NCBI GenBank assembly: GCA_048772705.1
Contig: JBLWGC010000104.1
Span: forward strand, 620,001-684,000
Origin: Leidyana gryllorum EB-2025a
Taxonomy: Eukaryota > Protista > Apicomplexa
Direction: 5' to 3'
Length of the DNA stretch: 64,000 bases
The first letter of the stretch is position 1; each line of letters begins with the position of its first letter. The notes below the pieces were generated by a model. That model had not been told where the DNA came from and searched no databases. It worked only from the letters and a program-made list of their open reading frames with translations. Below, piece by piece: positions 13,901 through 26,684 of the stretch. A program made the position numbers and the translations under genes.

Positions 13901-16900
13901 GTGGGCCGATTCCTTTGTTGGCAACAACAAGTGATCCAGAGCAAACGGAAAGACCGCCTTGACCCCAACCCATCTGCACAGACAGAGTCGTTGTGATGAG
14001 AAAAGCTCAGATTCTCTCTGCTTACCGTTCCGATACGATTGACAATACGTATTGGGGCGGTCGAGGCTCGCGGATCGGAACAGCGAAACTCAGCACCACC
14101 TCATACTCTCTTTCCTGTCCTTCTCGCTCCAGACGCGTGTAGCCATGAGTATCAGCTCCGGGCAAGAAACACTTTGGAACTTCCTTCACTGAGGCCTTTT
14201 TGAGCATAAAGTCCTCAACGTGCAACAGCGTCCCCCGGTGGGGGTCTTCGAGCCACACTTTGAAAGGTTCCCCTTTCCCATGCCAACGGTCGGACCATTC
14301 AAAGATGGGGAGAATGAAACATGTGACTTTGAGGATACTCTGAGTCACAGGTTGAATTGTGGCTCTCAGCTGCAAATGCGGAATACGTCGCAGATAAGTG
14401 TAAACTTTCGGAGCCACAGCCGGCAATCGAATGATCGAAGCAATATCACTCGTCGTCATATAGAGCAGATCGTCAAAGGAGTACCCCTCCAACTTGTCCA
14501 CCACAGTCGTCTTGAGGACTGCCGAATTCTCCGATCCACCGCCAGCACCCGGAGCTCCTTTAGTACTCCAAAGCTGGTTGGCCGGCACACAGAAGTGGCG
14601 CAATAAGCTCTGATTGGGCCATATCCGCCGCTCAACCACTTTCGCCCACTCCAGCAAACTCGAAGCCAATGCCGACACATTGATCTGCCGAACGACTGCA
14701 ATCTCTGCGAACGCTCGAAGCAGTCGACCGAATGACTGAGTTATGAAAAACGTATCGGAGATCAACGAGAACGAGTTGAGCGGTAGTCTGCAAAAAAAGA
14801 GTGTGAGGGTGGACTTGAGGACTCACTTGCTGATGTAAGCTTGAACGAGGACGGCGACTTTTCCTTTGACGTCGTCCAACATTGAGGCTGGGAGTCGAAG
14901 TTTGGACCGCGAATTGAGAGCGGATAACTCGGAGTGTTCCTCGTCTCGCACTTTGAGTTGAGCGAATTCTGTGGCATCAGAGACCAAAAGCAGTACGTCA
15001 ATGTCTCGGAAACCTTCTCCGCCCTTCTGATCCAACGCCTTATTGAAAACGTGTGCGGTCTCGTGATTCACGTAATATCTGGCGGCTATGCGTCCCAGAC
15101 CTGTATCAGCAATACACTTGGATTGGGGGGGACATTTCTGGTTACCGGTAGCCGAGAAGGTGAGATTGTTGCCAATACGGATGAGATGCTCATTGTACAA
15201 TTTCTTCGCAGCTTCCAACACCACCTTTCGTCGTGACTCAAAGAGTGCGGGATCTGCCATGAGCTCTTCGGGCTCCACGTGATATAACCGGGGGTTCCTT
15301 CGCATTCTCACGAATGCAAAGGTGTGACGGAACCACTGAGTAGCACTCTCGACATCACTGACCGAACCGATGGCAACTTCGGCGTTCAGGTGATCAGGCA
15401 GAGCCGACAAAAACTTGGACTCGAGTGGAAGCTGCAAAGGGTTGGTGGGCTGTAGGAGGAGCTCATACACACCTTATTGAGGAGTCGGTTGGTATAGTGC
15501 GTCATCTTATCGTGAGAAGTGATGAGGACCGCTCTGCCCTGATCGTCGTACTGTGGACGACCAGCGCGACCAAAGATTTGGAGAACGTCGATGATCTCCA
15601 GATCTGTGAATCCGCCCTTGTCCGGATTGAAGACATTTGTGCCTTTGATGACAACCATCCGCGCTGGAAGGTTGACACCCCAGGCGAGGGTCGCTGTACA
15701 CACGAGCAGCCGGCATCCACCCTACAATTGCGCAATGAAAATAAATTGATACAAGTTGGCGGCGAATGGCTTACATCGCGAAACAGATTCTCGACGAGCC
15801 GCCGATCTGTTCGTCCGATTCCGGCGTGATGCACTCCAACTCCATTCTCCAAGAGAGTTCTGAGTTGTTGATGGCCGCACTTCCCAATCATTTTCATGCA
15901 GTGCTTAGCACCCGTCTGTCACAGTCAGCAGTTTTAGAAAGGGAATTGATCCGAAATATACCTTCATTGGAAGAAGAAAGAGAGTGTGGAGATCATCACC
16001 TTTGGATCGCGCGATCTCCAAGATGGCTTCTGCCGTGACAAAGGTGTCTCCTCGACTGTGTACGAAAATCATACACTGATTGCCTTCTTTCAGAGTCTCT
16101 TTGATCCGATCGTAGCAGATGTGATTCATCATCGAGTTGCGCTTCCGAGGGTCGTCCCCTTTGACTCCAATGATAGTTTGTTGGAGCGGAATGGGACGGA
16201 ACGAATCATCAAAGATGTATGTGTTGCGTGGCAACACCTCCAGAAAGTCGGCGACGTCTCGCCTGAAAGACGGCAGAGTCAATTACATTTCGACTAATCT
16301 TCTTCAACTCACCAGTTGGGGAGTGTCGCACTGAGAGCGACTATCCGATGTCTCGTTTGACTGGCCAACATGTGACTGAAACTTCGGGCCACAACGGCTT
16401 CGAGTACGGGGCCCCTATCTTCGCCAACAAGATGGACCTCATCGAAAATCAGCAGCTTTATCGAATTCAAAGCGTTACTGTTCTCAGCACCCGGGGGCGA
16501 GTTACGAGTCAATACGTCCCACTTCTCTGGAACCGTTACTATGAGATGTATAGTTTCGAGTTCAGCTCTCGTCAAAGGCATATCGCCCGTAAACTCGGCA
16601 ACTTTCATCCCGAGGGGTTCCAGACGGGCGGAGAATTTGTCGGCAATCTCCGCAACCAATGATTTCAGAGGAGCCACGTACACAATCTTGAAACTCTTTG
16701 AAGACGGGATTGTCCCTCGAGTTTCCAGAGACGTACTGATCGCCCTCAGCACAGTCAATAAGGCCACATTGGTTTTGCCCGCCCCCGTCGGAGCCGACAT
16801 TAAGAGGTTATCGTCACACTTGAAGGCGCATTCGAACACTCTCGACTGAATAAAGTTGAGAGTTGGGATCCCATTGAACACTTCTTGACCCCATTCCGGC

Positions 16901-18243
16901 AAAACTTCAGAAACTTTGAAGAGGGCGTCTGCGTCGGGCTGAAGGGGAGGCGGAGAGAGAGAGAGTGATTGACGGGACAATGGCTTCTCTTACCACAAAC
17001 GGTTTCCTCGCAGGGATCATCACTTCAGTGTACTCCTTGCGTTGTGTGGTGACGGCATCGGCGGGGAGTGCCGTGGCCACTTCGACGGTTAATTTATTGT
17101 TAGCGTCAGTGGTGACGACGTGGAGTGAATTGAGTTTGGCTTCGCCTCTTTCGGCAATCCCCAGAGATATGAGAACATCTTCGAGTTCATCAATCTGATC
17201 CAAATCCTTCCCAGACCGATTGGCGATATCTTGACGCACTCTCTGTTTCTTCTTCTCAAATCGGCGTTGCAGATCAGTCTGAACTGTGCCCGGCACAAAT
17301 ACCGTTTGAGAGGGCGAGTTGTGGAGCTTCTGGAGGTTCGGGGCCGACTTTCGAGATGAGAAGGCCTCTTTGTGAACTGCTAACTGGCGTAGCAGCTTGT
17401 CAGCCCAGGCCTGCATATCGGCAATGATCTCCGTAGCTTCGAGCCCCAAGTCATCCAAGAGCCGATTGATGATAGTCGAGCGTCCCTCATAGTCTGTGGT
17501 CTCCAAATTCTGGAGGGACTGCAGATCTTTCAGCAGCCGCTTCAAGACGTCTGTAAGAGAAAGGATACGTCCCGCGTTGGGGTAGAGTAACTCACCGAGG
17601 TGTGTGATGCATCCAGGGACTGCTAACACTTGAGCTCGGGCCGACAGCCACCATAGAGACCCCTCTGTCTGGTCTGCGAGGAGATGTTCCTTTGATTGCA
17701 GAACAGGATGAGTGGTTGTGGCGGTCGTGGGTGGTTGCGTTTCTGGGCTGAGGGCCAAGAGGTCTTTGACTGCGTTGACAGATGTGAGAAAGAAGCGAAA
17801 TTGGAGGAGCAGCAGTACTTTGTGAGTGAAAGGCCGCTTGTTGTTCCGTCGGCTGGGAGCTACTAGGGGCTTGTTGGTGCGGCGACTGACTGCCTTGAAC
17901 TATGTCGTGCACTAACTGAGTGAAATCAGGCGAAGGCGGAGGGGGCTTTGGGAAGTCAGCCACCAACTGGCTGAACAGAGTCGAAGCATTCGACGGTCTT
18001 ATTGCTTGGAGTGCCTGGCGAACTGTGCGTGTGAATATGTATACGTGGTGGTGACCTCAGGTAGTACTGACCTGACGGGGGTGGAGGAAGTGATTGTGAC
18101 TTGTACAAAATGGTTGGTGTCGAGGAGAGACATGTTGTTTCGAATGATGATTTCCAGTGGGTGGGGTCAGAGGTCGTTGCCAACAAGAGCAATGAGGCTC
18201 TCTGACTGGGCGAGAGTTGGGCGAGTAGGGGACTTGGCCACAT
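10961..18243 (-). CDS. ASCC3: ASCC3/Slh1 Ski2-like tandem helicase (two DExH-Sec63 cassettes), multi-exon
   Basis: Cassette 1: [34 protein letters not shown]. Cassette 2: [38 protein letters not shown] (ASCC3-type rather than Brr2-type). Sec63 motif PVRHNED. The start at 18243 is the likely ATG but is less certain. Confidence 0.9.
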
Positions 18244-18268
18244 AAAGTGTTCTTTTTTTTGGTGAGTG

Positions 18269-20697
18269 ATGCACTCTGGGATGGAGCAACGTAAGCCGAG
18301 GCAGCGCCCTAGGCGTCGACCCGCGGAACAGCGAATCGCTAAGCAGCAAGAGACCCTCAAGTCTGATCCCCGTGTTCTGCAGGTATGTAAACACACACAT
18401 TGGTATCGACCTTTTTGGATGCTCGGTTGCAGTCGATCCAGAAGCAGCGAGATCTCCAAGCGGCCTTGGGAGGTGTTGTTTCATCCTCCAGTAGTGTGAC
18501 AGTGACCGCTCAGGTCAGAGCCGAGGCTGATCGTTTGCGCGATGTTTTGGGACAATTCGGATATACATATGACGACATTATATTGCTGGTGGTCAAGCAC
18601 GGCCCTGCTTCCGAGGCCCTGGCATCGACTGTGACTCAACTCATCGAAGATCATCTGGAACACCCCGATAAAACTGTGGAGTCTGAGTGGCAACCCGCCA
18701 AACGACCACCTCCACAAACACGTCGGACACAACGTCCTCCACGTAATGTCCGACAGCACGAATACGGCGGCAGAGACCACTACCAGAACCGCAACCAGCC
18801 TTCTGGTACGGATCACCATCGCCTACACCCCCAAAACCCGTCGCAACCGGCCGTGACGAATGTCGCTGCGACGAGAAAGACTGACACCCTGGCGGCTACA
18901 CCGCCCATGAGCAAAGAGGGCGAAGAGCTTACAGTGCCCCCCGTGACCGAGGAGACGGCTCTGCCACCTCCGACCTCCGTTATGGACACAGCTGAGCCAA
19001 GTGTGGAAGCTGTCGGCGAGAAAGCGCCAGAGGCGGCGACCAGCGAACAGGGCGCTACACCTTCTACTGAGACTCCGCCGGAGAAACCGCCGACAAACGG
19101 AAGCGGGAGTGCGTGGCGAGGGTGGCAGAATAACAATAATGGGGAGGCAGCGACTCGGAAGACTTGGGCCGAGATGGTCAAGAACAGAGCAGCTCCCGCG
19201 CCTGTTGCTGCTGCACCCCCACCCCCGCCCCCGCCGCCTCCTCAAGTCGAACCTGAAGCACCACCGGCGCCCCCACCACCTGTGGTGGAAACTGTGACGG
19301 CAGCCGTCGTGTCACCTCCCGAAGAGACAACTACTGCGACTCAAATCACGAGCGCTGAGACAGCGCTGCATACATCAGCACCTGAAGAGAAGAGAAATGT
19401 CATTTTGAGAAACCGCCGTGGCTCCCAGCAGCAGCAACAACGGCAAACGCGGCGCCCCGCCCTCAAGAGTAATACAACACCTGCAGCTGAGCCCGAGACG
19501 GCTCCTCCAATGGTCAAGCCAGCTACAACCCCTCCAATTCGAAGAGCACCGGCTCCTCCTCCTCCTCCTCCTGCGGCTGCGGTCCCGCCGCCTTCCTCGG
19601 CTGTACCGGAGGAGAATCAACCCCCGGCTGGCGCCGTAGTTATCCCTCCGTCAGCTACAGCTTTCCATGTGCGATCGCTGGGCGGTGCAGGAGGCGGCAG
19701 CGGCCCGAACAGCAATGCCAATCAAACGGCCAATAAACCCTCTGTTACACTGCCGGCCCATCTGGGTGGAGGAGGGCCACCCAGCTCTACCACTTTCGGT
19801 ACCTTGCGGTTCGACAATCAGCGAAACCTAAAGGCCTCACGGGAAGCTTCGCCAAAGCCCGCTCCATATATCTCGCAAACCTTCGGACCCCCTCAGCTAC
19901 AGGCTCCTCAGACTGGCTCCTATGGCGCTTACTATAACACGTATCACAATCCATACGGTGCCGCGACCGCAGCAGTCGCTGCTCAGCGCCACCAAGACAC
20001 GCGCCAACAACCGCCCCCCCAACCACAGCCTCAATTGGAATACTGGCGACAGGTGGAGGCCTACAGCAGCTACGTGGCTGATGAAACTGCTGCTGGCCGA
20101 ACGGGAGTCGATCGTAACGCTTCCAAAATGCCGCCACCCGGGCTGGCGGCACAACAGGTCCGCAATCCAATGGGACCATTGGGTCCTTTCGGGCCTCGAA
20201 CCATGCCTGGGCCCCAATCCGCGGCCCAAACAGCAGCCGTCACCGCTGCTGCTGATTACTCCCAACACTATCGCATGGTGATGCCACCCCCCGCTGCTTA
20301 TCAACAGACCAGTTATATGACTGACTCTGCGGCTGTTGATGAGCGGACTCGGCAGTATCTTTTGGATCTACACAAACCCACTTGGAAACGTGATCAAGAT
20401 TGGCTCCCACCGCTCACACGCGAAGATCACCGATACCGTCCCACCTCTGAGTTGGATCATCAGGACACCACAGGGATCCATTCTTCGATGGCTAATCCCT
20501 CAGCTGCGGCAGCCGCTGTACCCCCCAGGTGAGCCACAAATGGTCATCATTGAACGTCTAAACTCTCTGTTCGCCGCAGCCACTTCCCTCCAGCGGCCGC
20601 GGCCTACCCTCAGTACGCTCCCGCTGGCTCGCCCCCAGGTCTGCCTTATGGCTACCCCGATCCCACGGCCGTGCAAATGGGCTTACGTCAGTTCTAG
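18269..20697 (+). CDS. UBA/CUE-like N-terminal domain plus long Pro/Gln/Ala-rich disordered protein (UBAP2L/Lingerer/Def1-like), 3 exons
   Basis: Introns ~18383-18431 and 20529-20579; the last exon ends QMGLRQF* at 20697. Helical domain ending ESEWQPAK, a KTWAEMVK motif, a TFGTLRF motif and a Q/Y/P-rich tail. Confidence 0.55.
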
Positions 20698-20745
20698 TAA
20701 CACTTTTGTCGCTCATATATTACTATAACCAGAAGGTAGCTGAGC

Positions 20746-23700
20746 TCATGAGGAAGACCGCAGATGGTCAAAGTTGAACCTACGCAGCTTGAACCGAGCG
20801 CCCACTACACCACGCATCAGAGCTGCCATCCGCTCACGTAACTCCTTTCCAGTCACTGACCGATGGGAGGCCACGAGAGGCAATAATTCATGCTTTCGCT
20901 TCGGATTGGTCACCACCAACGCCGTCGACCATGTCGCTGTCAGAGCATTCTTTGGCTGCAATCAAACAGAAACATTCGTGCACACCCGCACAGTGACGTG
21001 ACAAACGCCACTCTCAACTTACCAACAGAGGCCCATTCATCACCAGGAAGGGAGCGCTGGCTTGTCGGTGTGTGTTTGGTGGTGTCGTCGAACCCAACTC
21101 CGCGCTCCCAATTCCTCCAGCCGAGGGTGAGGGCGGCGACGCCACCGGAGACGCTCCCGCTGGCGCCTTTAGACGCCTCTCTGCTGTCGGGGAGGGGCTC
21201 TGTTTGAGCATTCGTGTCAGAGAAAAGGGGGATTTCGCTTGAGGCGTCGCAGGGCTCGCCACCTTGGAGGCAAATAAGTGCTGCGCCTTTTCGCCCCCGA
21301 GTTCTAACAACTCGCCTTCATGGCTGACGCATAGGAAATCAATTTCTAACTCGTAGTGGAGTGTCACTGCACAAAGAATCGCAAGTGGGAGAGAGACAAC
21401 AAAGTCGAACACGTGTGTGTCGTCGCTCACCCATTTCGGTGGTAAAGAAAGCTGGCAAGTCCGAGGGAATGTCAATGCCAATGGTGGCGGTCTGATGTTG
21501 GAGTACCGAATGGACCGTTCTTTGCAGCACTTCTCGCCCTTGCGAAACAAAAGTGCGCGGCTGATGGGGTTTCCCCTGTGGTCTCTGTCGGTCTTGAGAA
21601 TTAGCGTGGACGGGAGTGTGGGTGGCTGAGATCTCCGATGATAAGCCGATCATGCTGCTGAAAGAAGCACTTTCCCGGAGGGCGATGGATTTCCGCCCCT
21701 CGCGATCGCGGAAAGCCACCCACTGACGCGCTTCGGCCACACTGAGTGGTGGGGCGGTCAATGTTTCCACGGCCACCAACCGGGTCTGTATCTCGACCAG
21801 CGTAGCTCGGCTTTCGGAGAAGTCAAAGTTCAATTTTAGATATTCGCCACTGTTCACAATCAACTTTGTGGCGTGCGACCAACTTATTTCACGTGCTGGG
21901 CGCGTGTAGTCGCGAAGTTGAGGCCAAATGCATCTCTCATCTTCAGGGCTGAGCATTGAAGCACCTTCTATTGTCATTTCGCAAATGAAATGCCTCCCGA
22001 TCGACACTCGGATGGGGGCTGAGAGCGACGTTGACGTTTCAGCAGGAAGAGCTTACGGGAAGACACTCTGCCAGGCGGATCAGACACTTCGGCGGTACAT
22101 CGAAGGGCACTGGCCATTTCTGGTGTGGCTTCGATGTCAAAGTCGTCTTGTCGCCACCACAGAGCTCGAAGATTCTGCAGTTTCTGCAGATCGATTTGAG
22201 GATCGAAGGCATGAGGGAAGCCGGCGAATTCTATGTGTCGTCTCGTGCCATCTGGATTGCAGTCGTTAGCTTCCGTCTGACTGGTTGAACGGCCGAGTCC
22301 ACTCTGTGCCCGTTGCAGCCACGTCGTCGCGGCGACGACGGGTTCCAGAGGTTGTTCGACCAGATCCTCAAAACCTCCCAGACAGGTGCAGAATATTTGG
22401 TCTGCCTCGTTTGTCAATACCTTGTTGGCCTCGAGGATGTCTTCTTCCGACAAGAATGAGGCCACTAAAGCAGAACCGCAGCCCGAGTCTCCAAAATTCT
22501 GTTTCATGGAGGCAACAGGGCTACGGAGAAGGAGTGGGTGAACAAAGAACTCTGCAGCGCCTTACTCTCCGAGATTTATGCTGTGATCGGTCATGCAAGT
22601 CATCACCCATCTGATATAGTCATATCCCGCGTCCGCGCGGGCCAAATCGTCGGCAATCTCATTAGGGGAATGATGGTTGACAGCTCTGTAGATAGAAAGA
22701 GAGTGAGCGATTGATCTATCTATTGGAGGCGCCCACCTCAGCGGCAACCGCATTGGGGGCTCCTGTGAGTCAGTGACACCACCTCCGAGTAGTCGATGCC
22801 ACAACAGGAGAGAAGGGGAGTAATAAGTTGCTGGCAGGGGAGGGTAGACGGCTGGGGAGGGAATTAAGAATGAAGAGACGGGGTCAAAGGAAGCACTCTC
22901 CGTCAAGATCTGAGATGGGGGTACGAAGTTCTTCCTGAGAGAGGGGGAAGAGTCGAAAAACAGCCGGCCGGCGCGCCTGCTTCAAAGCTCACGCTGATGC
23001 AAAGACCCGCAACGGGTAGGAAGTTGTGAAGAGAGTGACATAACGGTCAACGCCCTCGTTCATTTCCCCATCGTACCGGATCAGGGAGACAGTCAATATG
23101 TACTCATATCTGTGAGAGATTCGACTCTTTGTTACCGGCCTCTGTTTGTCTCTCACGTGATGGTTGAGGAGGTGTAAGAGGGTGGGAGAAAGGAAGCGAT
23201 CGATCCATACAACGGGACTGACAATGTGCAGATTACGAAAGAGAGAGAGGTCAAAAGATTGGCACCCACTGCTACGATACGCGTCCGTTGACGGCTGCTT
23301 AGGCACCGGACGCAGACGAAACTCAATCGGGTCAGAAAGAGCAAAATGGCGACTTCGTTTCGTGTCATCTGTAAGCCGCCAGTATGTGTGACAAACAATT
23401 TAGACTCTCTCATCAACATACTGTCCACAGTAGGATCGAAAGGGGGTACGCAGAGGTGATCGAGCTCGCCTTCAATTCTTTGACGTAGACTCCGGGCGGG
23501 CGTTTCAGCCGCCTGTGGGGTTGTGTTACTGGGCTGTGAGGGGACGCTGTGTCGAGTAGCAGGCGCCGGAGACGACAATGCCCGTTCAGGCTCGGTATTC
23601 GGTGTCGTCGGCCGACTGTCCGAATCATTGGCGGCGTTCTCGGGACGTGTCACTCCGAGGCTCCGCGGTGAGCTCACACCCGAATGCGTCCCAGAAGGGG

Positions 23701-24010
23701 GGGACAAATCCGCAACACTGAGCCGCGATCCTGAGTGAGTCTTCGGTTTGCGCGTACGAGCCGCTCGCAGTCTTTGGGGGAGTGTGTGGTCTGTCACCAA
23801 GCCCGCATACCGCAGCCTCAAGAAATAAGCGGGCTCACGGGCTCCAGCAACTTCTGTCTCATCGGACCATAAATAGTTCTCAGAGATCAGCACTCGACTG
23901 TTGAATCGTCGACCAACTGATATGGGTCGACTCAGACATTCCCAATAAAACAGACGCGAAGGATCAGCTGCTAACTCGCTGCTTTCCAGGTTTCCCCCCT
24001 TTGTCCCCAT
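20746..24010 (-). CDS. Hypothetical multi-exon protein (may be more than one gene)
   Basis: Chain of minus-strand ORFs (23153-24046, 22562-22906, 21974-22507, 21339-22007, 20746-20961) with plausible GT-AG junctions. First in-frame ATG at 24010. No recognisable domain. Confidence 0.45.
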
Positions 24011-24248
24011 ACTCTCACACGCATCACCAAATATTTCGTCTCCCAACCCATTCTCTCATCTTCTCTTCCCTCTCGACCCTTTCTACTGTGTTGCCAACTG
24101 TCCATTGTGGTGCGATACAGACATTTTATCTGACTGCTTCATATTTTAGAGGGGGAGTGTACCAGAGAAGCCAAACGAAGTGAGCGTGCGTCTCTGACTG
24201 CCTCCACATTTCCCACCCTTGCCAACTGCTACCTATATTACCCGGACT

Positions 24249-25385
24249 ATGTACAAAGACGCTCTGCGACCCGCCTGGGCGGAGATCAACCTGTCCAACC
24301 TGGATTTCAACATCAAAAGTATTATAAAAAAGGCACATGGGGTGAAGGTGGCCGGTATCATTAAAGCCGACGGTTACGGCCACGGTGCGGTCGAGGTCGC
24401 GCGAGTCCTGCGGGACAACGGCATCACTTCCTTTGGCATTGCGACTCTGCAGGAAGCAATCGCCTTGCGTGACGCAGGTTTTCAGCAAGAAGAAATTATC
24501 ATGCTGGGTCTAACTCCCAGCATGTTCGCGTCTACGTTGGTGGAATACAACATCACGCCCGTAACCTGTTCACTGGCCAATGCCCAAGCTATCTCCGACG
24601 CTGCCGCCGCCTGCAATAAGGTAGTGGAGGGCTTCGTGGCCGTCGACTCGGGCATGGGCCGCATCGGGTATCTGGCTGGTGATGAGGAAGCGGTCAAGGA
24701 AGTTACGCAGATCGTACAGCTCAAAAACTTCCGGATCAAGGGACTTTTTTCCCACTTCGCCACCGCCGACGCAGCAGACAAAGCCTACGCGCACCATCAG
24801 GAAACTCTGTACCAAACTTTCTGCCAGGCCTTGGAACGTGCTGGCGTGAACGTCCCGCTGCGCACTTTCGCGAACAGTGCCGCCCTAATGGAAGTGGAAA
24901 CCGCACACTACGATATGATCCGTCCCGGTATCGTGCTATATGGCCTGTATCCGTCCCATGAAGTGGACCCGTCCCGACTGACTTTGAGACCGGTTATGTC
25001 GGTCAAAGCCAACATCGTACACCTCAAAAAGGTGGGCCCAGTTTTCTCTATAGGCTATGGACGGAAGTTCGTTTCTGAACGCGAAAGCCTTATCGCCACG
25101 CTGACCATAGGTTACGCAGACGGATACCCACGGGCCTATTCTCAGCACGCCAAAGTCATTGTCAATGGTCACTATGCACCAATCGCTGGCAATATCTGTA
25201 TGGATCAGTGCATGGTTGACGTCACCGATGTACCAGACGTCAAAGTGGGTGATGAGTGCATTATTATGGGCTCAGATGGCACCAACACTATTCTGGCGGA
25301 CGACATCGCCGACGCAACCGGCACTATCAACTACGAAATTGCATGCGCTTTTGGGCAACGCTTGCCCAAGGTCTACGTGAAATAA
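24249..25385 (+). CDS. alr: Alanine racemase, bacterial-type PLP fold III enzyme, intronless (378 aa)
   Basis: RPAWAEINL, PLP-lysine motif IIKADGYGHG, DSGMGRIG, SHFATAD, ANSAA, MIRPGIVLYG, catalytic Tyr in SIGYGRKF, IGYADGY, ICMDQ, TINYEI. ATG at 24249, TAA at 25385. Confidence 0.95.
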   Translation: MYKDALRPAWAEINLSNLDFNIKSIIKKAHGVKVAGIIKADGYGHGAVEVARVLRDNGITSFGIATLQEAIALRDAGFQQEEIIMLGLTPSMFASTLVEYNITPVTCSLANAQAISDAAAACNKVVEGFVAVDSGMGRIGYLAGDEEAVKEVTQIVQLKNFRIKGLFSHFATADAADKAYAHHQETLYQTFCQALERAGVNVPLRTFANSAALMEVETAHYDMIRPGIVLYGLYPSHEVDPSRLTLRPVMSVKANIVHLKKVGPVFSIGYGRKFVSERESLIATLTIGYADGYPRAYSQHAKVIVNGHYAPIAGNICMDQCMVDVTDVPDVKVGDECIIMGSDGTNTILADDIADATGTINYEIACAFGQRLPKVYVK

Positions 25386-26266
25386 GTATAATGCTAATCC
25401 TTTATCGCTGACGTATCGTACCATGACGTCCTCAGCATCTGGCACCTATTGAGGTATTCTGACGGCTTATATAATTCGGGAGAGGTACCCAGACGTTCTC
25501 TCAAATCACTTTTTTCCTGATTCCCTTTTTTCCTAAGCAATTAGAGGTACATAGAAGAGAGCCCCGACAGATGTCGGAATGGCTTCTTCAGTAAGAAACT
25601 TGCATCGTCAACTCCGTCATTAAGGCGGAATATCCCATCCTCAATGCGTCCGTCACTCACTTAGCAGTAACTCCGGTCGACAACACCCACAGCTAGTTGG
25701 GACCGAAACTTGGTCTGCCTAATCCCGACGCAACTCCCAGTGAACGTGAAGGGCAGGCAGATCGCATCCTTTGTCAGCGACAACTTGATCGAGTCTTTCC
25801 AGTCTAAGAAGAACGATACAGTAACCTAAGCAACGCGTTGCTTGACCACTGGTAGCGCGGTTGGTCGAAAGCCCAGTGCTGCAAAGCTTGCTTTCAGTAG
25901 TGCCACAGCCAGCTTTATTTAAAAGTCTCAAACGAATGAAGCGTTGTCTATTACCAAAGTCAGGGAGGTACAGTGCAGGAAGAACTGCTGGACTAACAGC
26001 CACCCGAGAGAGGGGTGGATGGGCATTGCACGTTGCAGCTGCTAACAGATCCGAATCAAAGTATCAATGACTGTTGGGAAAATGGATATAACGTTATTGT
26101 CGATGTCTCCTCCTTTTGGTTTGCTGGAAAGAAACATTGAAGAATAGAAACACTGTCAGTCCCAAAAAAATCTTTTCGACACAAACCTTAGGGGGCGTTA
26201 TCTTGGCTCACTGATAGCTCCACTCCTCTACTACTTGAACCTACTCTTACCTTCAACACTACTACA

Positions 26267-26519
26267 ATGCCATTGAATATTGCTGTAAGCCCCTGGGCTC
26301 CTCCCGTACATCTATTGCCACAGGGAGGAAAGAAGAAGCCGCTCAAGTCTGCTAAGAAAGAGACTAAGGAGCTCGACGAAATTGATAAGGCCGAATTGGC
26401 AAGACGTCGCACTGCTGAAAAGTGAGACTTTACCTCACATACATTTTACCGGGGAGATCGTTTCGAATTTCAGGGCCGAAGCAGAGGCCAGAGCAAAACT
26501 GCTCAAAGGCAAGAAGTGA
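26267..26519 (+). CDS. TMA7: Translation machinery-associated protein 7 (53 aa, 3 exons; absent from ORF track)
   Basis: Exons 26267-26284, 26324-26421 and 26474-26519 splice via GT-AG introns to MPLNIAGGKKKPLKSAKKETKELDEIDKAELARRRTAEKAEAEARAKLLKGKK*, with the TMA7 signature GGKKKPLK..KK..KELDE.D. Confidence 0.9.
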
Positions 26520-26684
26520 CATACTGTTTTCCATCGATTGTGAGATTTTGCCGATTCACAACATGTCACGCCTCGTCACCAACATTTAATCAAACTTAAA
26601 GTACCATTAAACAGCTTCTCAGTGCCAATCAACAAAGTAGACCGCCACGTGATCAAAACCTGGTTCTTTTATTTTCGGCATCAA

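Noticed and set aside
10961-18243. Brr2/SNRNP200 assignment
   Set aside because: The second cassette keeps intact GSGKT/DEIH motifs and ASCC3-type YCPRM and [10 protein letters not shown] sequences.
18250-18270. T-tracts as spliced-leader trans-splicing acceptors
   Set aside because: Several tracts (e.g. 37325-37337) have no AG before the ATG; a promoter role fits better, though this is untested.
19200-19600. CCT/CCG trinucleotide runs
   Set aside because: Ordinary poly-Pro coding low complexity.
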